DNA from: Octopus bimaculoides
Lineage: Eukaryota
Assembly (NCBI RefSeq): GCF_001194135.2
Contig: NC_068981.1
Span: 39,619,109-39,663,096 of the forward strand
Length of the DNA stretch: 43,988 nucleotides
Direction of reading: 5' to 3'
The translations under genes and the position numbers were made by a program. Below, one piece after another: positions 10,117 through 23,052 of this stretch. The notes beneath the pieces are model-generated. The model was not told where the DNA came from. It saw nothing but the letters and a program-made list of their open reading frames with translations, and made no database searches. Position 1 is the stretch's first letter, and each line of letters begins with the position of its first letter.

Positions 10117-12118
10117 TGTGTCTGTGTATGTATACACTTAGAGGCAGAGAAAGAGATGAGGAGAGAAAAGGATCGAGAGCAGAAGTCAGAGTGTAGAATA
10201 GGTATTACTTATGTGAATGTCTCAATATAATACCCATAAAACATATACTTTTATCAAGTTATATCCAAGCTTATAAAGTATTTTCCAAGTCTTGAGCATA
10301 TCAAACGATATATAATGTAAACTTCGAGAGTATGGTATATGCGTATTTGCTTAAGTTTACGAGATATTTAGTGAAATACTTTCATGATGGGAATCATGGG
10401 AAATTCTGAACTATAAAGTTGACAGATACACCATGGAAATAAATGGACGGTAAAGGATTCAATCATTACCAAAGATTCTACTGTATTTGAGAACATACAA
10501 TAATATCTAGAGAGATGGAAGATAAATTTGTTATATATATATTCATTTATGTGTGTTTGTGTGTATTAAAAGTTAGAGAGAAATATCTCACGATAAAAGA
10601 AATATAGGACCTTTATGAAGATGCAAGTTATAAATGATATTTAACTATTTAGCGCCTATAAGCTACAATAAGTCATTAATCTTAAATGTCTTCAAACCTC
10701 AGATAATCTGATAAATGTTAGAGGGCGTAAATAGCAAACAAATTTCATTAGCGTTATCTAATAAATCTATATGTATATTAGGTGGACAGTAAATTCGCTG
10801 AATATTAAATGAATTGTTAAACGAAATGACGTATAAGTATTATTTATAAGGTCTACCCAGCATCGTATTAACGGGCATAACCTAAAAGCCTGGCATATCG
10901 TAAATTTTTAAGTGGTGTGCTGTTTAAGATATGCTAGCAGGGGACTTAAATTTATTAAGCTTCACTAATTGTAAACATACATGGGGGTTATAAATTTACT
11001 TTCGAAAACTACCTAAACCGTTTATCTTAATATTTAAATAATATAACCAGATGTTTTAATAAATTGGTTGGGTTTGGGCCCATATAGTCTATTTTATTTA
11101 GTTTTACCCCTTATCGGTCGAGAGTTGTAACCCCACTAATATTAACTTTGGCTGTTCAATCTTACAACTCTTAGAAATTATCACTTGTACAAAACTCCAC
11201 GCCACAAAACTGTATTAATCAATAAATTTTCTTCCAAAGCGTTTCCAGAACTCAGACATTATTGGTTGAGCATAACTAAACTCTTCTTCTACTAATATAC
11301 CATACACACGCGCGCGAGCGCGTACGCAGCTAACGGCATGCATTCATGTATGTACGTATGTATGATTAATTTTTTTTATTTTTGAGTTTAATTTAAATTA
11401 CTCTTGACAGACTTCAAACCATTCTCTAACAAAGCACGAGACTTTTTAATTCAAAAAGTTTACGGTATTTGTAAATATGTGGTTGAGTTGTGTTTTGTTG
11501 GACTGTCGATGCATACACCCAAGTATGTGCATCTCTTCATTAAAGAATCTAAGATGGAGAATTTTCGGGACGTCTTACTACTTTTCACTGTACCAGTAAT
11601 AGATTGGATTTGGAGAACCCGCATCAGTTTTCTTTTCTTGCCCTTTCTCCGTCAAACTGAGGAATTCAAGGTTTGTATGCTGTAAATTTGTTGGTACATA
11701 ACCGAATGCACTTATGATGATAGTTACAAATGAGAAGAGCTGAAAGATCATTATTAATTCGCCATAAATGTGTTCTTTTTCCTAGACAGCTTATCTCTAC
11801 AACAGTACATGTATGTTTAGATGCCAGTGTATATGTATGTGCGTGTGTGTATCGCTAAATAGGTAGAAATAGGTATAGGTTACATATACTTTCTTTTAAA
11901 ATTCTTCTTACTGCGACTCGGTTCTTCTGAATATAGAAACACAACAGCGCCTGCGAGACTGCGTAATATGCAGCTGCACGTCAAATTGCTATTAGAGTCT
12001 TATTCTTACAATTCAACACTCACGTTTAGTGCTACTTTCTTTTGTTTGATTACCTACATTTACCTACATGTGTATATACTACACACACACACACACACAC
12101 ACATACACACACACACAT

Positions 12119-12151
<33 letters not shown>

Positions 12152-12472
12152 NNNNNNNNNNNNNNNNNNNNNNNNNNNNNNNNNNNNNNNNNNNNNNNNN
12201 NNNNNNNNNNNNNNNNNNNNNNNNNNNNNNNNNNNNNNNNNNNNNNNNNNNNNNNNNNNNNNNNNNNNNNNNNNNNNNNNNNNNNNNNNNNNNNNNNNNN
12301 NNNNNNNNNNNNNNNNNNNNNNNNNNNNNNNNNNNNNNNNNNNNNNNNNNNNNNNNNNNNNNNNNNNNNNNNNNNNNNNNNNNNNNNNNNNNNNNNNNNN
12401 NNNNNNNNNNNNNNNNNNNNNNNNNNNNNNNNNNNNATGTATGTATGTTCCTGGGAGAGTCGTTTATTTGTT

Positions 12473-12503
<31 letters not shown>

Positions 12504-12544
12504 CTGTGTGTGTGTGTGTGCGTGCATGTGTGTGTGTGTGTGTG

Positions 12545-12738
12545 TGTTTGTCCCCTACCATCGCTTCACAACCGATGTTGATGTGTTTACGCCCAGTAAC
12601 ACAGCGGTTCGGCAAAAGAGACCGATGGAATAAGTACTAGGCTTACAAAGAATTAGAGCTGGGATCGATTTGTTCGACTAAAAGATGGTGTTCCAGTATG
12701 ATCACAGTTAAATGACTGGAACAAATACAAGAATACAA

Positions 12739-12742
<4 letters not shown>
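12545..12742 (+). mobile_element. OR2-like SINE, 3' half after its internal (TG)n tract
   Basis: GTTTGTCCCC..CCATCGCTT.ACAACCGATG...GCGGTTCGGCAAAAGAGACCGAT.GAATAAGTACTAGGCTTACAAAGAA...GATTTGTTCGACTAAA; collinear with 30406-30815. Confidence 0.85.
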
Positions 12743-12786
<44 letters not shown>

Positions 12787-12789
12787 ATA

Positions 12790-14051
12790 CACACACACAA
12801 ATATAACAGAAGTAAATAGACACGCCATGAAACATGTGTTATGTTTATTTTTATTTGAAAACGTATATATTTTTTATTAATGGACATATTTATGTTTCAG
12901 GTTCTATATGCGACTATTTAATCATCCCACGTACAAAATAAGTATTGGAACTGTCCAAATTTCAAAGAGGCCATATTGTGGGTCAATCTGAAGCTGAACT
13001 TTGCGGAAAATCGCAGAAAACCTTGGGATTTTGCTTCTACAGTCAATAGGGTGATTGTGCAATTCACCAGAGAGGGGAAAGAGTCCGCACCACATTACCC
13101 AGGTCGACCAGGGCTCTCTGACAGGAACCTTTGCTTTGTTAAGTGAATTGTGGAGGATAATCTTCATTGTATGGCCTCTGACATAAGCAGAACAAATTGA
13201 TGTCGGTCCCAGAACAGCTGTCAGGTTTTTCCACAAACTTGGCTGTTATGGCAGAGCACCAAGAAGGAAGCTACTTCTTCAACCAGCCAATATCAAGTGG
13301 AGAAAAGATTGGGCCAGTGATATGATGGAGTGGCCGCTACCATTTTGGGACACTATCATATTCTCTGATGAGTCCAGATTTGCTGTCTTTTCTTGACATT
13401 GGTCGAGTGTCGGTCCGGAGATTTTGTGATCAAGAATTTGACATGAAAAGATTGCTGCCAACAATGAAATAAGGCAGCTATTCTGTGATGTACTGGGGAG
13501 CAATTTGGAGCAATGGTCAATCAGAGCTGGTGGAGTGTGATGGAAACATAAACTCAGATAAATATGTGTCCATATTGCAGAAAGAACTCCTTCCAATCTT
13601 TTCCAATGATGAAATGGTTAAAGAGGACTCTTAATTTATGGAAGATGGTGCTCCTTGTCACACGGCCAAAAGGACTCAAGTTTTGTTGAAAAAGAATGAC
13701 ATTAAAACACTTCCATGGTCACGACAGTCACCAGATATGAACCTTATTCAATACCTCTGGGGCATAATGGACAGAACACTTCATAAAAAGAACAAAAAAG
13801 CATCCTCAAAGCCAGATCTTTTGGGATTACTGCATGAAACTTGGCAAGAAATTACCCAAGAGAATATTCGTCATCTGATCAATAAAATACCTTATAGGAT
13901 CCATGCATTGAAAAATGCAAAGGGCAGGTATACTGAATATTAGATATTCACATTGTAGTAATTAATAAATAATTTGAATGCATAATTTCAAATTTAAGTA
14001 AATATTAATGATTATAAGTATGTCTATTTACTTCTGTCATGTCTGTGTGTG
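12790..14051 (+). mobile_element. Near full-length Tc1-family DNA transposon (~1.26 kb) with ~30 bp TIRs and TA target duplication
   Basis: Left ATAACAGAAGTAAATAGACA (12803-12822) versus reverse complement of right TGTCTATTTACTTCTGTCAT (14021-14040), 19/20 identical. The match extends outward through CACAC to TA at 12788-12789 and 14052-14053. An internal transposase is present. Confidence 0.9.
12924..13943 (+). pseudogene. Tc1 DD34E transposase, inactivated by stops and frameshifts, catalytic E changed to Q
   Basis: ELSKFQRGHIVG...LRKIAENLGILLSTVNRVI (HTH), GRPG, GRAPRRK, IFSDESRF (D1), SVMYWGAI, FMEDGAPCHTAK (D2), SPDMNLIQYLW with 34 residues between D2 and Q (CAA for GAA). Confidence 0.9.
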
Positions 14052-14100
14052 TATGTATGTATGTATATTTTTAATGAGTATATACACATACTCTCACACA

Positions 14101-14132
<32 letters not shown>

Positions 14133-14177
14133 GAACTCTTCTTTCTCAGACTGGAGTGAACACGACACAATGAAGTA

Positions 14178-14216
14178 GAGAAATTTGAAAAGACAACACG
14201 AAACCGGTTATTTCTC
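14178..14216 (+). ncRNA. Decayed minimal type I hammerhead ribozyme motif
   Basis: GAGAAAT-TTGAAAA-GACAACAC-GAAA-CCGG-TT-ATTTCTC: perfect 7 bp stem I, GAAA, palindromic CCGG loop and UH site. The core differs from CTGAAGA by two transitions and stem II is weak. Confidence 0.45.
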
Positions 14217-14330
14217 AAAATACAATGTTTATATACCAAAAAGATTTTATAACATTTTTCTAACATTTTTCTAACATTTTTCTGACATTATTTAAATATA
14301 TACTTTAACCAAGTAACANNNNNNNNNNAT

Positions 14331-14378
14331 ATTCCTTTATTCTTGTACTTGTTTCAGTCATTTTGACTGAGGCCATGC
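14331..14378 (-). mobile_element. 3' tail fragment of an OR2-like SINE
   Basis: Reverse complement GCATGGCCTCAGTCAAAATGACTGAAACAAGTACAAGAATAAAGGAAT matches the tail of the 30406 and 12545 copies. Confidence 0.7.
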
Positions 14379-17300
14379 CACACACATTTATATGTATATT
14401 TATATAGATATATTCAGATGCATGTATGGCTAGTGTGTAATTTTGAGGAAGCTTATATCTTTTGTATCCTAATATATATGGTCGCATGATAAGGATTTAT
14501 AGCAAAAGAATAAAATGCACAGGAACTACTCTGATTCTTGTATTTAATTATCGGTAAATATTATCAAAATCTCTCAGCGGTATTCTTAAGTTGTTTTAAT
14601 TCTGTTTTGCTTTACAATTACTTTTCTCCTGCTATGTTTCATTTATTTCCGTTTACCTTTCTTATATATACATTGTAGATATTCAGACCATTATAAAGCT
14701 ATGATTAACACATTTGTAAATTATTTCCTCGCCTTCAAATACGAATTCGGGAACTAAACTTTGCACTTAATATTCTTAACTTACCCGTTTTGTTCGTTTC
14801 GTTGGTTTTATTAACGTATGTACATGCATCAGTTGTTATATACCTATTCAGGGATATAATTTATAGCCAACACGTTTAGTTGGTTTAGATGTAAAGCCAG
14901 ATCAAAGTATCTTTAAATTCTCGATGCCATTTGAAGTGATTTGTTTGCGTCTATTTTTTTTATTTGTTTCTTTTTATAGATTGCAAACACTACCAATGGT
15001 GTGAAACTGATGACTTTCGTTTCATATAAATATCGCAGTGATTTTGATGACTAAAGAATTTTGGTATAGGAATAATACAAAGTAGAAGTCGACACACTCT
15101 TTTAAAGCAGCTTGATCTGAAGTTTAATTTTATGTATATCACAATATAAATTAACAAATTCAGTTGTGAAAAGAAATGTGTGTCCATTCTCTAACGAAAG
15201 ATTTTTATACCAAAATCTAGGAACATGTTGATGTGTGATGTGTGTTAATTTAAGGTTTCAGATTATAGGAGCGCAACTGAAATTTTCACGCGTACAATTA
15301 TACCGGTATGTTTCTACTGGTAACTTGCTTTAACTTGCGAGATCTCAGTTGAAACATTATTTAGATTCTGTCATTTAATATCTCCTCACAGAACTTGTTC
15401 GTGATCAAAAATGTTACCATTCTGTGATTTTAATCCAATGATCGTCTCTTATAAATAGATAAAACAATTTTATAAGGAATAAAAAGCGGGAAATAATTCA
15501 GTATTATATTCGATCTTGGTCGTATACAGTAACGGTTTTATTAAGCATACACGATGGACAAAAGTCACATCACTCTAAACAACAATACTAAAAGCAGCAT
15601 CTTAATGCTAATACAAAGTATGCTTATTCCACAAATTTTATGCTTCATTATTATTTTAATTTCATTCAAAACATGAATTTAGACACCAGCTCTTAAGACA
15701 TAACGAGATTAATAAGACAAACATTGATTTTGAAAGTGCCTAGACCGTTGCTCTTTTTAAAATTTTCATAAGGCTTCATATTTGTCAGAGATTGTGTAAG
15801 CCGCATAAATTAACATGGTCCGTAACTGATACTTATCTCAGCCACCCCCAATCGTATAAAATGTAACATTGAATCTTGGTAAAATTTGAACTAATGGATT
15901 TGGTAGCTGTATGTACAAAGTACGATGGTATAGAACTAGCGTTTAGTTTTTACATGCAATGAAACTGAGTGCTGATTTACTTTTATTCGTCCTAAATATA
16001 GTGCCATAATTTTGATGCAGTTGCTTAATGTGTGTAGTAAATATTTATTGATTTACCAACAGGAAATAAAGAACTACAGCATCTCTAAACTATTTATTAA
16101 GATACTTTTTGATGTTTTCCCTTTAGTAATTTTCCCTTATATTTTTCGACAATTGTTACACGTATTCTCTTTTATTCTGTCTATTACTGAACCGTTTAGA
16201 GATAATGATATAATGATGCGAGTAGGTGAGCCACATACGCAGAATTAACTTGCCCCAGTCATGGAAAGTATATTATAATTAAGTCAATAGTTGCAATAAT
16301 TGTTCGGTTCACGATATATATTTTTAATAATAATTTCACAAATGCAATGAGTGAGTCATAGGAAAGTTACATGTTTATTTTAGGGCTCACTAAATCCCAG
16401 ATCAAAGTGCGCCGAGATTGGTTTTGCATTCGTTCTACTACGGTTGATAAAATATCTACAAGTAATTGTCCAGTGATAATTCAAATTTTCGTATGTCTAA
16501 ATATGCATATAAGTTATAAATAACTAGCATTTCTAATACAAATGTAGATTGCAGTCATTAACCAAGAAACGGGTGCATTTAAAGGCTTGTTGTATTGTGT
16601 ATGTACTTTATGTAATTCGGTAGACAATGCAATCAGAGTCAATTTTTTATCGTGTATTACCATGTGATATTAGTTTCAGCATACTAAAGACTGTTGTGTT
16701 TAGCCAAAATTCAGCTCCGATTGAGGATACCTATGATCAAAACATTTTGTAGTGATGATCATGCATGCGTTTGTTCAAAATTAATGCGCCCGGAGCCAAT
16801 TCTTCATCAAAACTGCAGTGTGTGACTTGGGCATGATTTCGCAGCTATTTTTGACATATCGAGCGACTGCATAATGTCTTCCACTTTGACTCGAATAAGT
16901 TTTTTGATAATAGATAGCAAATGTTATCTTGTATTGAATTAAACTTCTATATGCTACAAGATACAGGCTTTTCTATCTAGAAAACACTGTGCAATACATG
17001 TTTCACTTGTTTAGATTCTTAATAAACGTTTAATACTTTATAATAGAAACCCTTTATAGATCTTTATAAAAGACTCTTAAAATGTTCCTATTCTGTATGT
17101 AATAATATATTATTCGCAGGAAATTGATTTGCCTTGCGCTTGAAGATAGAATTATATGAAAACACGAGTTATCACAAGAAGATTCCTTGCTGCTTAGAAG
17201 CATTCAGCAACATGGAACAGTTAAAATTATTGTATTAATAGATCTCTTTTCAATATTTGTATTGTGCCTCCCTGCATGTTCTTTGATATTATACAATCTC

Positions 17301-19399
17301 AGTATTATAAGCAACGATGCTACTGGAGAAAAATAGTTAATATAATAGTTTATGAACGATATATGCTAGGTAATGGTGACTTAATAGCAGCTTAGTGACC
17401 TTGATATATCCGCACTTAATATTATAAATGTTACCAGACACCTGCTGAAGCAATAATTGAACGCATCCTTTCTTAGTTAATGTTTAACACCTGCTTCAAA
17501 GAAGTAGTATCATAGTTGCATAAAATGAAGCAACATTACACAATATGTAACCAAATTATTGGGAAGTCGGAAAGAATGGCAAAAAGAGTTTGCTGTTATT
17601 ATTATTTTGTGTGTGTATCAAATCTTAACACGTTTTAAAGTAATATTGGGCAGTATTTATGTTCTTTCTCAAATCATCCAACCAAGAGACATTCAATAAT
17701 GTGCAAAACCAACAAACGATTTGTGGTTTCGAATTTTCCACAGTAACAGAAATGAAAACCTACATTATGTCCTTAATTTTCCTTTCTGCTTCTGATTAGG
17801 CCAAATACATTGACGTAAGGTCTATTTGATCTTTGTAATGCGGGCCCTTTGCAAAGTTTTCAACTGGTTTCATCATTACACCAGTTCTATATTATGAACC
17901 GTCTTTCACCATTGTATTGATCTGCTATGAAAATCATAACTTCGTTAGTTTTTTAAAATTTTCCACGCGTAAAGTTACTAAACAGCATGTGAAAGTATAC
18001 ACGGTGAATTATTCCACACAACATTGTGAAGTTTAAATATATTAGTAAAATAATTTAAGTGTAGATTAACGCGTTAGGCATTAATAAAATTTCATAGGAA
18101 TGTCGAAGACTCATATAGTTCATATTAACACAGGAGTAAGCATCTACGTGGCTGTATAACCTGAAGTTTATTTAGCTCATTTCACTCATTATTAATCTTT
18201 ATACGGTTTATTCACAAGCAGTCAATCCTCTTCTCCAACAAATCTCATTAATTTTGAAATGTCATAACTCCATGTCCTATCCTATTAAATGTGTATTTCA
18301 TCAGTTGCACCATTTAGAACCACTTAAACTACTGTATTGTTCCAAAAGTTAACTGCCGTGAGACGATCGGTTCCATAAAAGTTTTTCTGCTTCAAATAAA
18401 GATTACATCTAACTCTAACTTTGGTATTCGAGTACTATTTGTCAACCATACGCACAAACACGCACATTTCTTTCTCTCTCTATCTGCATATAATACACAC
18501 ACACACACATACACACACACACATACATACACACACACTTACTTTGATGACCAGTGAATAATCAGTGAAGCGGTCAGTCAGGAGAGATTCTGTTCCACTA
18601 ATCTTCCACATATCTATAGCATAGAAAGGATCTGCTTATATTCTTAATTTACGCACAGCGATGAACGGTGATATTTAAATATTTCATTTCCTCTGATTTA
18701 TGCTGTGTTGTCCATAAAACACACAGTGGTTAATTAATGACGAGTTATCAAAACCTAAATATCCGAATTAAGTTATTCACTAACATAATTTATATAAATC
18801 ACTAGAGTGCTTTGTATAACAGATGATCTGTGCGACTGGTTGCATAAGGAAGCTTGATATATGTTTTTTAAGGTATGGTAGGAAAGCAATATGAAACAAT
18901 GCGTCTGGAAACTCCAGCTAAGTTGTTTACTATTCTTCAAGGTGTGTTACATGGCTGAACTGCGATGATGGAAAACTGTCTACGCAATCTAATTTTCACT
19001 TCGGTTTGAGTATTACTTGCCCTGAATGTAAATGAATGTGGATACTAGTAGTAATGGTTTTTGAAAGTATTTCTAATAAGTCCTGTGAAATTCCTTCTAG
19101 TTCCGTTCAAAAGAGCTATGGCTGTTTGATATATCACTGTCTTTAGACAGGCTCCCATTGCGGAGATACATGAAAGATTTTCGATACTTACGAGTTAGCT
19201 GTTCAAGTAGGGTCTGTGTTAATGTGTTCTTCAGTTGCCATCTTATCTAGATAAGAGTAGCTGATCTCATTGACTATAAGATTTGAAATATTTATAATAT
19301 TTGTGTGTTTGTGTATTTGGGTGTTATCTAAGTTATCTTAGGTTCCTTCTTTTATTTATGGTAATATCAATGATTTGAATCAAATTAGTTTTCTCTGTT

Positions 19400-20050
19400 T
19401 GTTCTTGCTGGAACCTAACGTGTGTGTATACGGTATAGGGAGCCCATTGGAGTATAGAGAGCAGATTTGAAGATCGGCCAATGATTTGTAGTTTGTAGTA
19501 TGTAGTTCGATGCAAAGCAGGCAGCAAAGGTGAAAGCTTTCTCCATGAAGATACTGCTCACAGTGACATTGTTTTTTAAGAAGAGGAAATAAGGAGACCG
19601 CAAATTTGGTGAGGTCATTTTGACAAAGAAACAAATGTATATACTACAGTTTGGAATGTGAAGAAACTTGAAGGTTGAGTGATGTGTATGAGATCCTTTG
19701 TATACTGGGTAACGGTCATGCTGGAGAGTGATGGAGATTTCCTAGTCGCTGTACACTTTGTGTTTGTTGTCCGGAGACCTGTAGTGTGAGTAAACACCTT
19801 GACTGACTTGAAGCATCGTCGATTTTTTTATGGGAATGGAAGAGACATTCCTGAAAGTATGCTTTCAGTCACCCATCCAACTGTTTCTGGAGTGTCAGGA
19901 GTGAAGCACCCGTGCAACCTGGAATAAGTGACATAAAACTGGTAGACTTCTAGCCAGTGGGACGGTTTGAAGAGCCCTGAGGGCTGAAAGGAAGGCCTGC
20001 TGTAGGAAATGTAGTTGTATACTGTGAAAGTGTGATAAGTAAGGCAGGGT
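19400..20050 (-). mobile_element. Highly degenerate LINE remnant (linker between APE and RT, CR1/Jockey group)
   Basis: Minus-strand pieces GWVTESILSGMSLPFP and FLKNNVTVSSIFMEKAFTFAACFASNY resemble the ITEVIVSGMEAYIP and KAELFAxxFAxNST linker motifs of this LINE group. Confidence 0.4.
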
Positions 20051-21357
20051 TGTGGTTTGGAGATTTTAAATGAAAAAGTAACCAAAGGTATATTTCAAAG
20101 GTACCAAAAAGTATTATCGCATTTCACGTAATGAACTGAAGTCAGCGTAAACACGTCATAAATGCATTGGTTCATTCAAAGTATAATTGCGAGCATTAGC
20201 AAAATATTTTCCCACCTCAAAACCTGTTTCCTAATAAATCGGACAAAAACGTAGATTCTTTAGAAATAAAAAATATTTAAAATGCCGTTGGGCCGTTTCG
20301 AATTGTCCCCCTTCAGATTGTTTTTCTACTGGTAAATTGTTCAAGTGACTTGTAGAAGTAAAGGTCTGATAGTGCTAGGCTGGGTGAGTAGGGAAGATGA
20401 AGTAGAACATCCCATACTAATGAATTTATTTTCTTTTTTTAATGGTTATCTTCGCTGAATGTGGCCTTTATTCTCGGGGAACAGCTCATGACATACCCAC
20501 CTCCCTTCTCTATCAACATTTATTAACGGTCTGAAATGATATTGCACAGTAGCCCAAAGTTTCTTAAGCTCCGGTATAATTACTCGATATTTTGACGTGG
20601 ATCCTCTTCTGTTTTCATTGCGTCATTATTGAGAACAATTGGTCTTTATTTTCGTTCAATATTAATAAAAGGTATTAAAATCTCCGTTTAATTTTAATTT
20701 GTCGAAACACATTTTCGACATTTCTGAAAACTCCAACCATCATGATAACATAATATTTATGTTATCACTTGCAGTCTTCTACTTTTGCCTTTGCAAAATA
20801 CATAAAGTATGCATTACCGAATATGCAACTCACTAATATCCTTCTCCCCCATAAGAGTTCTAATAGAGTACTATATACCTAATTTTCAAATCCCAAATAT
20901 CACTTCAGATGGTGGCATTGCTTCATTGTTTTTTCTGAAGAGATTTCAGAGAGTATAGGTGTAATGATTATACTGTAGACTAATGAAGCATGAAATACGA
21001 CTTAGATGGCTGATAAGTTAGTCTAAAACGCTTATATACTATATATTTTGCTTGACAGTTACAATTGAGTGAAAATGTGTTTTGCAGATTCGTTTTAGAG
21101 GTTTGAATGTAAAAATAAATATTGCTAGGGGTTTGTGTGAGATCTAGGTTGGTTAAACAGATTATTGAAATGGCTGCTATATATCGTTTTCTGTTTCAAT
21201 TACTAATTCTGTGATTTGTTCATATTATTGCTTTCTTGGTGTACTTATTCTTCTCTACAAACCTGTAACTGGAAAGAGTTCGTTGATGTATGTAGAAAGA
21301 TCCGCGAGAATTTATTTGGTCCAGATTTGAGAGTCACATTTATTTATATATACCAGT

Positions 21358-21428
<71 letters not shown>

Positions 21429-21981
21429 GAGTGAGAGAGCAGTGCATGCCATTAAAGTGACACAGGTGTACAAATATACGAAGTCCAATATACCCATCAT
21501 GAGTACCCGTCTGATAAGGGTACAACAGGCACATGCGTCACAAACATGCGCGTGACATGGTGATCTCATATCAAGATAAACAGCGCATGACCTCGCAGGT
21601 GGGGCCCAGTTAGAATTTTCTTCAGGTCGAGTAGCCCATCCTGCTCAAAAGGTCCCTCAATAAGGTTTGTTTAAGGATGTTGAGCAAAACACCCATGTTT
21701 CCAAAGGTGAATTATCCAAACTCCCATGAATTCCTCTCAACACATGGCTATGATGCTCCCCCACTACTTCTGCTCATGATCAGAGATGCACGTATCGTCA
21801 GCCACTAAAGGATATGCTCAACTGGTTAAGGTCAAACAACTGACAGGCAAATCTGTGGTATTAAGCAGAATATTTGCTGTAACCCATCTTTTATACCAAG
21901 GCAAAACAAAGTACTCGATAACACTTCCAATCAATTAAGATCAGAAGCCATGAGAGCCACTGCCTGGTACTGCATCTGGGC

Positions 21982-21983
<2 letters not shown>
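21429..21983 (-). mobile_element. ~555 bp TAA-flanked non-coding element, copy B
   Basis: Same ends and length as copy A; long (ATT)n tracts at ~21359-21428 and ~21984-22063. Confidence 0.9.
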
Positions 21984-22063
<80 letters not shown>

Positions 22064-22595
22064 GAGGGAGAGAGCAGCGCATGCCATCAAAGTTACACTG
22101 GGGTACAATTATACGAAGCCCAGTATACCCATCATGACTACCCATCTGACGAGGGTACACCAGGTACATGCATCACAACAACATGTGCGCGACATAGTGA
22201 TCTTATATTAACATAAACAGAGCATGACCTTGCAGGTGGATCCCATTTAGAATTTTTTCTTCAGGTTGAGTAGCCCATCTTGCTTAAAAGGTCCCTGAAT
22301 AAGGTTTGTCTAAGGCTCATGAACGAAACACCCATGTTTCCAGAGGTGAATTAGTCGAACCCCAAAGGATTGCTCTGAATACATGGCTATGGTGCTCCGC
22401 AACTACTTCTGCTCGTGACCAGAGATGCACATATCGTCAGCTACCAAGGGACATGCTCAACTGGTTAAAGTCAAACAACTGACAAACAAATTTGTGCTAT
22501 TGAGCAAAATATTTATTGTGCCCATCATTTAAATATTCTGCTCAATACGACAGATATGCTTGTAAGTTGTTTGACCATAACCAGTTGAGCATGTT
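22064..22595 (-). mobile_element. TAA-flanked element, copy C, truncated with an inverted duplication at the truncation point
   Basis: Collinear with copy B up to 22514; 22531-22595 is the reverse complement of 22451-22514; followed by (ATT)n. Confidence 0.85.
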
Positions 22596-22660
22596 CATTA
22601 TTATTGCTGTTATTATTATTATTATTATTATTATTATCATTATTATTATTATTATTATTA

Positions 22661-22719
<59 letters not shown>

Positions 22720-23010
22720 GTTATTATTATTATTACTACTACTAATACTACTACAGCTACTACTCCTGCAACTACGCATTATGGCACCTCAATCTCCTCT
22801 AACTATATCAATTATTTCATTTTGTATTTTGTTTGTATGTTAATATTTATTTTAAATAAATTTTGTTGTCTTTAAACCTATAATTGTCCATATACGTACT
22901 TGTAAGAATACTCACTTCGTTATGAATATCTACGCATATGATTCTCTTTTTCTGTATATTTTAACATGAAAAATCATTTTGAATGAAGAGCTAGTTTCAT
23001 AAAATGATCC

Positions 23011-23052
<42 letters not shown>

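Noticed and set aside
11404-11685. 93 aa ORF with possible AG/GT boundaries; CTYLGVCID on the opposite strand
   Set aside because: No recognisable domain and no neighbouring exons. The RT-like YLGV word alone is insufficient.
12922-13596. Minus-strand ORFs 12922-13236 and 13279-13596
   Set aside because: They are antisense shadows of the plus-strand Tc1 transposase pseudogene.
21610-21805. CTGAAGA and CTGACGA words (minus strand) in the TAA-flanked element
   Set aside because: No downstream stem II-GAAA-stem III-UH arrangement.
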